Part shown: one piece after another, positions 1 through 7,759 of the stretch | How positions within the stretch are numbered: position 1 is the stretch's first letter | Layout: each line of letters begins with the position of its first letter | Source: Verrucomicrobiota bacterium | GTDB taxonomy: Bacteria; Verrucomicrobiota; Verrucomicrobiia; Limisphaerales; UBA1412 | Assembly (NCBI GenBank): GCA_016283885.1 | Contig: JAEENR010000096.1 | Span: forward strand, 1 to 45,462 | DNA length: 45,462 bases | Direction: 5' to 3' | The notes under the pieces: generated by a model | Seen by the model: only the letters and a program-made list of their open reading frames with translations | Database searches by the model: none | What the model was told of the DNA's origin: nothing | Translations under genes and position numbers: made by a program

Positions 1-1290
1 ATGAATCGCCCGGTAACGTTTAAAAGGAATGGTGCGTTGTTGATTGGTACCGTCACCGTAAACCCAGGGAATAGTTTCGCCTTTACTTTTAAGTCTGACG
101 GTCTGTTCCAAATGGGGAATGATATCGGGCGTTTGCAGAAAATACCTTTTCCGAATCTCGGTGCAAAATGGGCCGGTGAAAAAATCACATTGCAGGCGGA
201 CAACAGAAGCGGCAATACATATTCCGGTAAGCTGTCGTTGAATGGTCAGGTAATGACCTTTAAAGGTCATATTGATGGATGGAAGCTGGAAGGTGACATC
301 ATCATGCCCAACAACAAGGAAAAAGATTTTACTCTGGAACCTGAAGGCAATGGTTTAGTATTCCAGGCTGGTTCCTTTGTGGAAGTATTGTCACCCAATG
401 CTGCGGTGACTGGTATCAAGAATTTGTCAAATCCGGTGACGGCAGTAACTCAGCCCGCTACTCAACCTGTTGCTCAACCTGTTGCTCAACCGACTGTTCA
501 ACCTGTTGCTCAACCTGCTCAGGCCACGGTGGGTGGTAATGTTATCGCTCAGCTCGGCAATGGTTTAAGTATAGAAATGGTCGCCATTCAGCCGGGTACT
601 TTCACCATGGGTTCACCCTTCAGTGAACGTCATAGAGAAGGTGATGAGGCTCAGCATCAGGTAACGATCAGCCAGCCGTTCTGGATCGCCAAGCATGAAG
701 TGACGCAGGGACAGTACCAGGCCCTTATGGGGATCAATCCCGCCGAACCGAAGCATGGAGTAGGCGCTGATTGTCCGGTTTATAATGTAACCTGGAATGA
801 CGCGATCAATTTCTGCGCTAAGCTGACAGAGATCGAGCGTGCAGCGGGAAGACTGCCTGCGGGATATGAATACACACTGCCCACAGAAGCACAATGGGAA
901 TATGCCTGCCGTGCGGGTACGACAACCTCTTACAACAACAACAAGAACATCACTGGCGAGGAGATATCCCGCGGTCTGGGTGATGTTTGCTGGTATGAAT
1001 ACAACAGCCGCGACAGAGTCCATCCGGTCGGCCAGAAACAGCCGAACGCCTGGGGATTATATGATATGCACGGAAATGTGTCGGAATGGTGCTGGGATTG
1101 GTACGCCGGTTATACAGCCGGAGCTGTGACTGATCCTACCGGCCCCAACATGGGATCTGAGCGTGTGAAACGCGGCGGCAGCTATGACAGTGACGCTGAT
1201 GATTGCCGTGCGGCTGCCCGTGAAGATGAGGAACCCTTTGATGCCAGCGACAGCGGCGGCTTCCGTGTGGCGTTGTCACCGGTCAAATAA
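1..1290 (+). CDS. FGE-sulfatase (formylglycine-generating-enzyme-like, C-type-lectin fold) domain protein with an unassigned N-terminal domain and a Q/P-rich linker
   Basis: 429-aa ORF. The C-terminal half carries family hallmarks: GTFTMGSP, HQVTISQPFWIAKHEVTQGQY, VYNVTWNDAINFC, RLPTEAQWEYACRAG, WGLYDMHGNVSEWCWDWY, RGGSY...GFRVA. No signal peptide is visible, and the ORF begins at window base 1, so the 5-prime end may be truncated. Confidence 0.85.
   Translation: MNRPVTFKRNGALLIGTVTVNPGNSFAFTFKSDGLFQMGNDIGRLQKIPFPNLGAKWAGEKITLQADNRSGNTYSGKLSLNGQVMTFKGHIDGWKLEGDIIMPNNKEKDFTLEPEGNGLVFQAGSFVEVLSPNAAVTGIKNLSNPVTAVTQPATQPVAQPVAQPTVQPVAQPAQATVGGNVIAQLGNGLSIEMVAIQPGTFTMGSPFSERHREGDEAQHQVTISQPFWIAKHEVTQGQYQALMGINPAEPKHGVGADCPVYNVTWNDAINFCAKLTEIERAAGRLPAGYEYTLPTEAQWEYACRAGTTTSYNNNKNITGEEISRGLGDVCWYEYNSRDRVHPVGQKQPNAWGLYDMHGNVSEWCWDWYAGYTAGAVTDPTGPNMGSERVKRGGSYDSDADDCRAAAREDEEPFDASDSGGFRVALSPVK
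451..522 (+). repeat. In-frame 12-nt tandem repeat of about 6 units (consensus caacctgttgct) encoding QPAT-QPVA-QPVA-QPTV-QPVA-QPAQ
   Basis: Read directly: cagcccgctact, caacctgttgct, caacctgttgct, caaccgactgtt, caacctgttgct, caacctgctcag. It lies between the N-terminal domain and the FGE-sulfatase domain, so it is an interdomain linker. Confidence 0.9.
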
Positions 1291-1311
1291 ACGCTTTTCA
1301 AGCTGAAAACA

Positions 1312-1348
1312 AAGATCCCCGTTGGTTAAGTCCGCCGGGGATTTTTTA
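1312..1348 (+). terminator. Putative rho-independent terminator after the FGE-sulfatase gene
   Basis: Stem atccccg (1315-1321) pairs with cggggat (1336-1342), extendable by A:T pairs, and is followed by a T6 run. It starts 22 nt after the stop codon. The loop is rather large, about 14 nt. Confidence 0.55.
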
Positions 1349-1655
1349 TATTTTGACAAAATCCACAGAACCAGATTTGTTGTTGAGTGTAATGAGGTTT
1401 TGCTTTATCACCCATCAGGACTTTACAAAGAAAAAAGTGTTTGATAAAGATGCTGGACAAGAGGGCAATGGAAAGGCATAATCACGGACGGGGATGGATT
1501 TTTAGGGCATCTGTCTTTCTGCAAAGTCTTTAATGTGAAAATAAGATGCCGGCGGATAAAGTTCATCCGAAAATAGAAAAGTAGATTAGAGATATAACTA
1601 ACTCAATCCGTCTGTGATATTTTTGAATATACAGCGGATAACAAAGAAGTATATT

Positions 1656-2444
1656 ATGGAAGTTATTATTCAGCCAACAAGGGAAGCGGCGGCATTGCTT
1701 ACAGCCAAGATCATCGCCGCGGAAGTGAGAAAAAATCCCTCTACTGTCTTGGGTTTAGCCACAGGCGCGACAGTGGAACCGGTTTATTCCAATCTGATCG
1801 AGATGCATCACAAAGAAGGATTGGATTTCTCTCTTTGTAAATCATTTAACTTGGATGAGTATGTGGGGCTCAGCGGAGATCATCCGGGCTCTTACCGTTA
1901 CTTCATGAACAGTCACCTTTTTGATCATATCAATATCGATAAGCGTAATACACATGTTCCCAACGGCATGGCCAGTGATATCGAGGCAGAATGCCTGCAG
2001 TATGAAGAGGCTATTTGGGGAGCCGGCGGGATCAGTCTCCAGCTGGTCGGTATTGGCATGGATGGTCATATCGGGTTCAATGAGCCGATGTCCTCTATGC
2101 AGAGCCGCACACGTGTGAAGCAGCTCAATCCCGTGACGATCCGTCAGAACGCGGGTTATTTCGGCGGACCTGACAAGATGCCCCGCCGTGCGATCACCAT
2201 GGGAGTCGGAACGATTTTAGACAGTGAACGCTGCCTGATGCTGGCGACCGGTGCTGCCAAGGCGGAGATCCTGGCCGAAGCAGTGGAGGGACCTTTCTGC
2301 GCCCGCGTGACCGCGTCTGCGCTGCAATGGCACCGCCGCGCGATCGTGATCGTGGATGAAGCTTGCGCGTCTCATCTGAAGAACCGTGAGTATTATGATT
2401 GGTCATTCAATCATGAACCGCACTGGGCTGCTTTCAGAAATTAG
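1656..2444 (+). CDS. nagB: Glucosamine-6-phosphate deaminase
   Basis: Motifs: MEVIIQPT..., LGLATGATVEPVY, FNLDEYVGL, GIGMDGHIGFNEP. The track ORF starts at GTG 1614. ATG 1656 gives the canonical N-terminus and a 262-aa length. Confidence 0.9.
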   Translation: MEVIIQPTREAAALLTAKIIAAEVRKNPSTVLGLATGATVEPVYSNLIEMHHKEGLDFSLCKSFNLDEYVGLSGDHPGSYRYFMNSHLFDHINIDKRNTHVPNGMASDIEAECLQYEEAIWGAGGISLQLVGIGMDGHIGFNEPMSSMQSRTRVKQLNPVTIRQNAGYFGGPDKMPRRAITMGVGTILDSERCLMLATGAAKAEILAEAVEGPFCARVTASALQWHRRAIVIVDEACASHLKNREYYDWSFNHEPHWAAFRN

Positions 2445-2458
2445 AAAACAGCTGTTAT

Positions 2459-3226
2459 ATGAGTTCATTTAGAACGGGGTCGCTGACGGTCCATGTCCAT
2501 GCCAATGTGGCGGAGATGGCTTCAGCGGCAGCAGAAGCCTCGGCCGGGATCATAGCTAACGCGATCCAAAGCCGGGGCTCCGCGCGTATTATCCTGGCGA
2601 CAGCCGTTTCGCAGGTGGAGTTTTTCCATTGTCTGGTGGAGAATCCCCGGATCGACTGGAGCCGGGTGACGGTTTTTCATTTGGATGAGTTCCTGGGCAT
2701 TACCGAGAACAGTCCTTCCAGCTTTGGTTATTTTTTGACCAAACAGCTGCTTTCCAGGGTGACTGTCGGCGCGGCTTACAAGATCGATGGCAGTTCGCTG
2801 CTGCCGCTGAAGGAGTGCGCGCGCTATGAGGCACTGCTGAAGGAGAAGCCCATTGATTTGTGTTGTGTGGGAGTGGGAGAGAACGGGCATATCGCTTTTA
2901 ATGATCCGGAAGTGGCCGATTTCGAGGAAAAAGCCTGGGTCAAGCTGGTTAAGCTGGATGAGCGCTGCCGTGAGCAGCAGGTGAAAGATGAAGTGTTCCC
3001 GTCACTCAAAGATGTTCCTCTGTACGCTTATACTTTGACGATCCCGGCATTGTGTCACTCGCTCAACATCGTGGGAGTGGTACCGGGACGGCATAAGGCG
3101 GAAGCTGTCGCCAAAATGCTCCAGGGCGATATTTCCACACGTTGTCCGGCCAGCGTGCTGAGACGGCATCCCAAAGCTTTATTATACCTGGATGCAAACG
3201 CGGCGGAGCGTTTGCTGATTGCTTGA
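2459..3226 (+). CDS. Divergent NagB/6-phosphogluconolactonase-superfamily protein (second sugar-phosphate deaminase/isomerase paralog)
   Basis: 255 aa, 14 nt after nagB. It keeps the core motifs ILATAVSQ, FHLDEFLGI and GVGENGHIAFNDP, but is otherwise dissimilar to the first copy. Confidence 0.7.
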   Translation: MSSFRTGSLTVHVHANVAEMASAAAEASAGIIANAIQSRGSARIILATAVSQVEFFHCLVENPRIDWSRVTVFHLDEFLGITENSPSSFGYFLTKQLLSRVTVGAAYKIDGSSLLPLKECARYEALLKEKPIDLCCVGVGENGHIAFNDPEVADFEEKAWVKLVKLDERCREQQVKDEVFPSLKDVPLYAYTLTIPALCHSLNIVGVVPGRHKAEAVAKMLQGDISTRCPASVLRRHPKALLYLDANAAERLLIA

Positions 3227-3254
3227 TTTCATTCAAAATTTTACCATTTCATCT

Positions 3255-3998
3255 ATGAAGAACGGTGTTCTGCTTTTATGGAGTCTGTTGTCAGCGGCAG
3301 CAGCTTTCGCCAGTGAACCGGAACCGGGTTTTGTCTCCATTTTCAACGGAAAAGATTTGTCCGGATGGGACGGAGATGCTCAGTTCTGGACAGTGAAGGA
3401 TGGCGCGATCTGCGGACAGACAACGCCCGAAAATCCGACTTCTGCCAACACTTTCCTGATTTGGAAAGGTGGTGAAGTCGAGGATTTCGTCATTCGTCTG
3501 GATTATAAGATCACAGGCAATAATCCCGAAAAATGGGGGAATTCCGGTGTGCAGTACCGTTCGCAAAAGGTCGGTCAGGAGGGATGGTCCCTGAAAGGGT
3601 ATCAGGCGGACATTGATACATCCCGTTTCTACACCGGCATTTTGTATGAGGAAAACGGCCGCGGGATCCTTTCTCTGCGGGGTGAATCCACCGTCATCCA
3701 AAAGGATTCCTCCGTGAAAACAGTTTTGCCCAATGAGGAAACTTCTTTGGAAGGAGTCAGCGCGCGTCTGAAAGAAGCGATCCATGAATCGGATTGGAAC
3801 AGTTATTCCATCCGGGTCGAGACACTTCCCGATTCTTCCACACGGATCACCCATACCATCAACGGCCAGCTGCTGACTTATGTGGTGGATGGATCCGGCG
3901 CGGGCGCTCGTTCCGGGCTGCTGGGCTTGCAGCTTCACGCCGGGCCCAGCATGAAGGTCGAATTCAAAAATATCCGCATCAAAAAATTAAAAGACTGA
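3255..3998 (+). CDS. Secreted DUF1080 (3-keto-disaccharide hydrolase family) protein
   Basis: Signal peptide MKNGVLLLWSLLSAAAAFA. Family pattern FVSIFNGKDLSGWDG...FWTVKDGAICG, NTFLIWKG, GNSGVQYRS, GYQADID, LQLHAG...VEFKNIRIKKL. ATG 3255 is preferred over TTG 3219, which overlaps the upstream stop. Confidence 0.8.
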   Translation: MKNGVLLLWSLLSAAAAFASEPEPGFVSIFNGKDLSGWDGDAQFWTVKDGAICGQTTPENPTSANTFLIWKGGEVEDFVIRLDYKITGNNPEKWGNSGVQYRSQKVGQEGWSLKGYQADIDTSRFYTGILYEENGRGILSLRGESTVIQKDSSVKTVLPNEETSLEGVSARLKEAIHESDWNSYSIRVETLPDSSTRITHTINGQLLTYVVDGSGAGARSGLLGLQLHAGPSMKVEFKNIRIKKLKD

Positions 3999-4003
3999 TC
4001 CCT

Positions 4004-4744
4004 ATGGAAACTGGAAATATTATTCGTTCGGATGGACGGCATGTGAATGAACTGCGTCCGGTCACTTTTATCAAAGATATCGCGCCGCATGCCAGTGGTT
4101 CTGTGCTGATCCGCTGGGGACATACTCAGGTGATATGCGCCGTGACCTGTGAGGAGAATGTGCCCCGCTGGATGAAGGAGCAGAATGTGGAAGGCGGATG
4201 GCTGACGGCGGAGTATTCCATGCTGCCTTACAGCACACTGACGCGGAAATCCCGTGATATCAGCCGTGGCAAGCTGGATGGGCGCAGTCAGGAGATCCAG
4301 CGCCTGATCGGTCGTTCCCTGCGTTCCGTGGTGGATCTAAAGCTGCTGGATGGAAAGACGCTCTATGTGGATTGTGATGTGCTTCAGGCCGACGGCGGAA
4401 CACGCACGGCGAGCATTACGGGTTCTTTTGTGGCACTGAAACTGGCTGTGGCCAAGCTTATGTCCGAGGAAAAATTGCAGGCGGATCCTGTCATCAAATC
4501 AGTCGCCGCCGTCAGTGTCGGTGTGATCAACGGCATCCCGATGCTGGACTTGAACTATGAAGAAGATTCCACCGCGGAGGTGGACATGAATTTGGTCATG
4601 ACCTCTACCGGAGAATTCTGTGAGCTTCAGGGTACGGGCGAACGGATCACATTCTCACCCGATGACCTGCAAAAGATGCTCGACCTGGGTCGCGAGGGGA
4701 TCACCCACCTGAACCAGCTCCAGGAACAGATCCTGCAAAACTGA
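4004..4744 (+). CDS. rph: Ribonuclease PH
   Basis: Motifs: RSDGRHVNELRPV, GSVLIRWGHTQVICAV, GWLTAEYSMLPYST, DCDVLQADGGTRTASITG. The track ORF 3794.. is an upstream read-through frame overlapping the DUF1080 gene. ATG 4004 lies 5 nt after that gene's stop. Confidence 0.93.
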   Translation: METGNIIRSDGRHVNELRPVTFIKDIAPHASGSVLIRWGHTQVICAVTCEENVPRWMKEQNVEGGWLTAEYSMLPYSTLTRKSRDISRGKLDGRSQEIQRLIGRSLRSVVDLKLLDGKTLYVDCDVLQADGGTRTASITGSFVALKLAVAKLMSEEKLQADPVIKSVAAVSVGVINGIPMLDLNYEEDSTAEVDMNLVMTSTGEFCELQGTGERITFSPDDLQKMLDLGREGITHLNQLQEQILQN

Positions 4745-4751
4745 TTTGTTC

Positions 4752-5795
4752 CTATTCGATCTTGCCTAGAGTTCTTCCGGCGGCATTCAGAAAAGGCTGG
4801 ATGGCACGTGTGAGTTTCGCGAATTCTTCCAGAGTGATCTGCTGAGGCCCGTCAGACCAGGCATGAGCCGGATCCGGATGGACTTCGATCAGCAGGGCAT
4901 CCGCGCCCATGGCGACCGCTCCAATGCAAAGACTGTCCACTAATTTCGCGCTGCCGCATCCCTGGGAAGGGTCTATTACGACAGGACAATGGGTCTCCTT
5001 TTTCATGATGGGGATCGCGGAAAGATCCAGAGTGTTGCGCGTGTAAGTTTCAAAAGTCCGGATCCCGCGTTCGCAGAAAAGCAGATTGGGGTTGCCGCTG
5101 TTCAGGATATATTCCCCGGCCAGCAGCCATTCTTCGATCTTCATGCCGGAGCCTCTCTTGAGCAGGATGGGTTTGCCGGTGCGCGCGGCGGCGATCAGTA
5201 ATTGGAAATTCTGGGCATTGCGGGTGCCGATCTGGATGATATCGGTATATTCGGCAACCAGCTCCACATGTTCCTCGGAAAGACATTCGGTAATGATGGC
5301 CAGTCCGGTGGCTTTACGTGCCTTGTCCAGAAGTTTGAGACCTTTTTCGCCCAGTCCCTGAAATTCATAAGGAGACGTTCTGGGTTTGAACGCCCCGCCC
5401 CGGAGGATGGTGGCACCGCTGGCTTTGACCGATTCCGCCACGGTCATGATCTGCTTTTCATTTTCCACAGAGCAGGGACCCGCCATCAGGTGGACCGCGT
5501 TGCCGCCAATGCTAACATGATCATTGATCTTGACGAGGGTGCGTTCTTGGGAAGCAGCCCGTTTCACCAGCTTATAGCGCTTTTGGATAGGGGTGACCTT
5601 TTCGATCTGCGGCCAGGAAGTGAGCGCTTCCAAAGTTTGCGGAGTTTGTTCCTTGCCGAAAGCCGCGATAATGATGCGGCCACTCTCGCGGATGACGTGG
5701 ACAGAGTATCCGCGGGATTCGATCTCATTCAGGACACGGGTTTCATCGGCTTCAGAAACACCGGCTTTTAGGACAATGATCATCATAAATTCCAT
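4752..5795 (-). CDS. aroF: 3-deoxy-7-phosphoheptulonate (DAHP) synthase, type I-beta, with an N-terminal ferredoxin/ACT-like regulatory domain
   Basis: N-terminal segment IIVLKAGVSEADETRVLNEIESRGYSVHVI. Catalytic core LMAGPCSVENEKQ, ILRGGAFKPRTSPYEFQGLG, LLKRG. In-frame ATGs at 5795, 5786 and 5783 leave the exact start uncertain. Confidence 0.88.
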   Translation of the reverse strand: MEFMMIIVLKAGVSEADETRVLNEIESRGYSVHVIRESGRIIIAAFGKEQTPQTLEALTSWPQIEKVTPIQKRYKLVKRAASQERTLVKINDHVSIGGNAVHLMAGPCSVENEKQIMTVAESVKASGATILRGGAFKPRTSPYEFQGLGEKGLKLLDKARKATGLAIITECLSEEHVELVAEYTDIIQIGTRNAQNFQLLIAAARTGKPILLKRGSGMKIEEWLLAGEYILNSGNPNLLFCERGIRTFETYTRNTLDLSAIPIMKKETHCPVVIDPSQGCGSAKLVDSLCIGAVAMGADALLIEVHPDPAHAWSDGPQQITLEEFAKLTRAIQPFLNAAGRTLGKIE

Positions 5796-5885
5796 GAAGA
5801 GCGGTAGAGCCGCTCCGGTTGCTGTGCTAATTATGACCTCTACGGCTTGCTATGAAAATAAAAATCGGGCACAATCGAAGGGCTT

Positions 5886-6380
5886 ATGATATGCAAAGTA
5901 GGCATTGGTTATGATGTGCATCAGCTGGTAGTTGGGCGCAAACTCTATCTGGGTGGAGTGTTAATCCCTCATACTCACGGTCTTGAGGGACATTCCGACG
6001 CGGATGCGCTGATCCACGCGATCTGTGACGCGCTTCTGGGCGCAGTGGGCGAGGTGGATATCGGACATTTTTTCCCCAACACGGATCCGCGCTGGAAGGA
6101 TGTACGCAGTACGGTCTTTTTGGAAGAAATATCCAAAGTGATCGCTCTGCGGAAGGGAAAGATCGTGAACATTGACAGCACCCTTATCGCTGAAGCGCCG
6201 AAGATCGCTCCCCATATCAAGGAAATGAAGCAGCAGGTGGCTAACGCCTTGAACGTGAGGACCGAAGTGGTGGGGATCAAAGCGACGACCAATGAGACGA
6301 TGGGATTCGTAGGACGTAAAGAAGGTATTGCCGCCATGGCGGTCGCTTCTGTTTATATGCCTGAGGATCAGGAATATTGA
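5886..6380 (+). CDS. ispF: 2-C-methyl-D-erythritol 2,4-cyclodiphosphate synthase
   Basis: Motifs: VGIGYDVHQL, GHSDADALIHAICDALLGA, DIGHFFPNTDPRWKD. 164 aa, monofunctional (not fused to ispD). Confidence 0.93.
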   Translation: MICKVGIGYDVHQLVVGRKLYLGGVLIPHTHGLEGHSDADALIHAICDALLGAVGEVDIGHFFPNTDPRWKDVRSTVFLEEISKVIALRKGKIVNIDSTLIAEAPKIAPHIKEMKQQVANALNVRTEVVGIKATTNETMGFVGRKEGIAAMAVASVYMPEDQEY

Positions 6381-6386
6381 TTTGAA

Positions 6387-6665
6387 ATGAAAGCGGAGAT
6401 CGGCTGGAAACGCATCAATGAAGAAGGTGAGAAGATCCAGGTCTATGCTCACCATGTAGGAGACCGCTGGCTGTTTTACTGGCGCTATCGCCGTTATGAG
6501 CAATGGGAGGAACTCAAAAATCCGCCGCTGGAAGACTGGCTGGCCCTGCTGGACGCGGTGGAACGCGGTGCTAACCGTCGCCGTTATCCTCCGGAGGAAC
6601 CTTTGCGCATCCGCAAACGCATTCGGGAACTGTTCCCCGGCGCGGATCTGGACCAGAAAGATTAG
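6387..6665 (+). CDS. Hypothetical 92-aa basic, Trp/Arg-rich protein
   Basis: The ORF starts 6 nt after the ispF stop on the same strand. I recognise no family motif. The coding call rests on ORF length, tight spacing and the absence of a competing ORF. Confidence 0.5.
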   Translation: MKAEIGWKRINEEGEKIQVYAHHVGDRWLFYWRYRRYEQWEELKNPPLEDWLALLDAVERGANRRRYPPEEPLRIRKRIRELFPGADLDQKD

Positions 6666-6774
6666 TTTTTTCTGTTCTCCGGCATGTTTCTTAGGCTTGC
6701 AGGTGAAACAAGAGTGAGTTATTGTTTAACTCTTTGAGGAGCAGGGAGGCTCTTCATGAGAGAAGGAAACCGAT

Positions 6775-7674
6775 ATGGAAATCCAACAGGCAGATTACAG
6801 ACAAGTTTTGAGAAGTTTTGAACCGCAAACCGAGTTTTTCGTGGGTGTGGATTCAGACGGTTGTGTATTTGACAGCATGGAGGTGAAACACAAAGAGTGT
6901 TTCTGTCCAATGTTTATCAAAGCACTTAAATTGCAGTCTGTCAGCAAGTTTGCCAGAGAAGTCTGGGAGTTTGTGAACCTTTATTCCCAAACCAGAGGAA
7001 GCAATCGGTTCCTGGCGGTGACACGCGCCCTGAAGTTGCTGGGTCAGAGACCGGAAGTCATTAAGCGCAAATGTCATCTGCCCTCGACTGACGCTCTGGA
7101 AGAATGGGCGGCCCGGACAAATCCGCTGACCCCGGCGGCCTTAGTAGCGGAGTTTGAGCGCACAAAGAACCCTGATTTCCAACCGTTCATGGACTGGTCT
7201 GTGGATGTGAACCGTGCTGTGAAGGAGATCATGAAAGGCGTTCCTTTATTTCCTTATGTGAGAGAGAGTTTGGATATCGCCCGCGTCAAGGCGGATGTTT
7301 TCATCGTTTCCCAGACTCCGACAGAAGCCCTGAAACGGGAATGGACAGAAAACCAGATCTATCAGTATGTCCGTTATGCCGCGGGACAGGAAGTTGGAAA
7401 GAAAAGCGAACAGATCCGCTGTATAACAGAAGGCCGGTACGCGCCCGAAAAAATGCTGATGGTAGGGGATTCCCCCGGCGATCTGAAAGCCATCAAAGCC
7501 AACAACGGATTGTTTTTCCCGATCGTTCCGGGACGCGAGGACGAATACTGGAAGAAACTGGCGGAAGAAGGACTGGAACGCTTTTTCAATGGAACTTACA
7601 AAGGTGCTTATGAAGACGCTCTGCTGAAAGAGTTTGCGAACTGTCTGCCGTCCGATCCGCCCTGGAAACAGTAA
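6775..7674 (+). CDS. HAD-superfamily hydrolase
   Basis: Motif I VGVDSDGCVFD (DxDx[TV]). Motif III/IV MVGDSPGDLKA. 299 aa with a large cap region. Confidence 0.7.
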   Translation: MEIQQADYRQVLRSFEPQTEFFVGVDSDGCVFDSMEVKHKECFCPMFIKALKLQSVSKFAREVWEFVNLYSQTRGSNRFLAVTRALKLLGQRPEVIKRKCHLPSTDALEEWAARTNPLTPAALVAEFERTKNPDFQPFMDWSVDVNRAVKEIMKGVPLFPYVRESLDIARVKADVFIVSQTPTEALKREWTENQIYQYVRYAAGQEVGKKSEQIRCITEGRYAPEKMLMVGDSPGDLKAIKANNGLFFPIVPGREDEYWKKLAEEGLERFFNGTYKGAYEDALLKEFANCLPSDPPWKQ

Positions 7675-7759
7675 CCATCTCAATCTCTCCCTTTTCCACG
7701 GGGGGAGACAATGGAAAATTTTGCTTTCTGTTCGATCACTTTTATTCTTCTGTCATTAG

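Noticed and set aside
451-522. 12-nt tandem repeat that could be mistaken for a minisatellite or CRISPR-like array.
   Set aside because: The units are contiguous with no spacers, lie in frame inside a long ORF, and encode a QPxx linker between two domains.
1150-1290. Possible diversity-generating retroelement (DGR) variable region at the C-terminus of the FGE-sulfatase/C-type-lectin-fold protein. The stretches S-Y-D-S-D-A-D-D (AGC TAT GAC AGT GAC GCT GAT GAT) and F-D-A-S-D-S are runs of NNY codons, in the loops where DGR targets vary.
   Set aside because: No reverse transcriptase, Avd-like gene or template repeat resembling this segment exists anywhere in the 45-kb window. The downstream spacer shows no similarity. 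FGE-sulfatase proteins are very abundant in PVC genomes without DGRs. The NNY run is largely forced by the Asp/Ser-rich composition. A cassette upstream of base 1 cannot be excluded.
3794-4003. A 70-codon N-terminal extension of the rph ORF, and similar extensions of nagB (1614..1655), the DUF1080 gene (3219..3254), the ABC ATPase (30543..30662) and the second skp (38144..38251).
   Set aside because: The extensions overlap the preceding gene or lack homology-like sequence. Internal ATG codons give canonical N-termini or signal peptides and sensible intergenic spacing.
5202-5771. Long antisense ORFs in the track. Examples: 5202..5771 opposite aroF, 3291..3938, 5961..6503, 11261..11752, 11999..12487, 13795..14493, 16252..16812, 32367..32906, 35011..35619 and 36855..37493.
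   Set aside because: Each lies entirely inside a confidently identified gene on the other strand. Their translations are low-complexity or Arg/Gly/Phe-rich with no recognisable motif, no ribosome-binding site and no independent flanking signals. These are typical shadow ORFs.
5800-5825. Short hairpin gagcgg-tagag-ccgctc in the aroF/ispF divergent spacer, a possible regulatory element.
   Set aside because: A 6-bp stem with no associated conserved motif that I can recognise. This is too weak to call from sequence alone.
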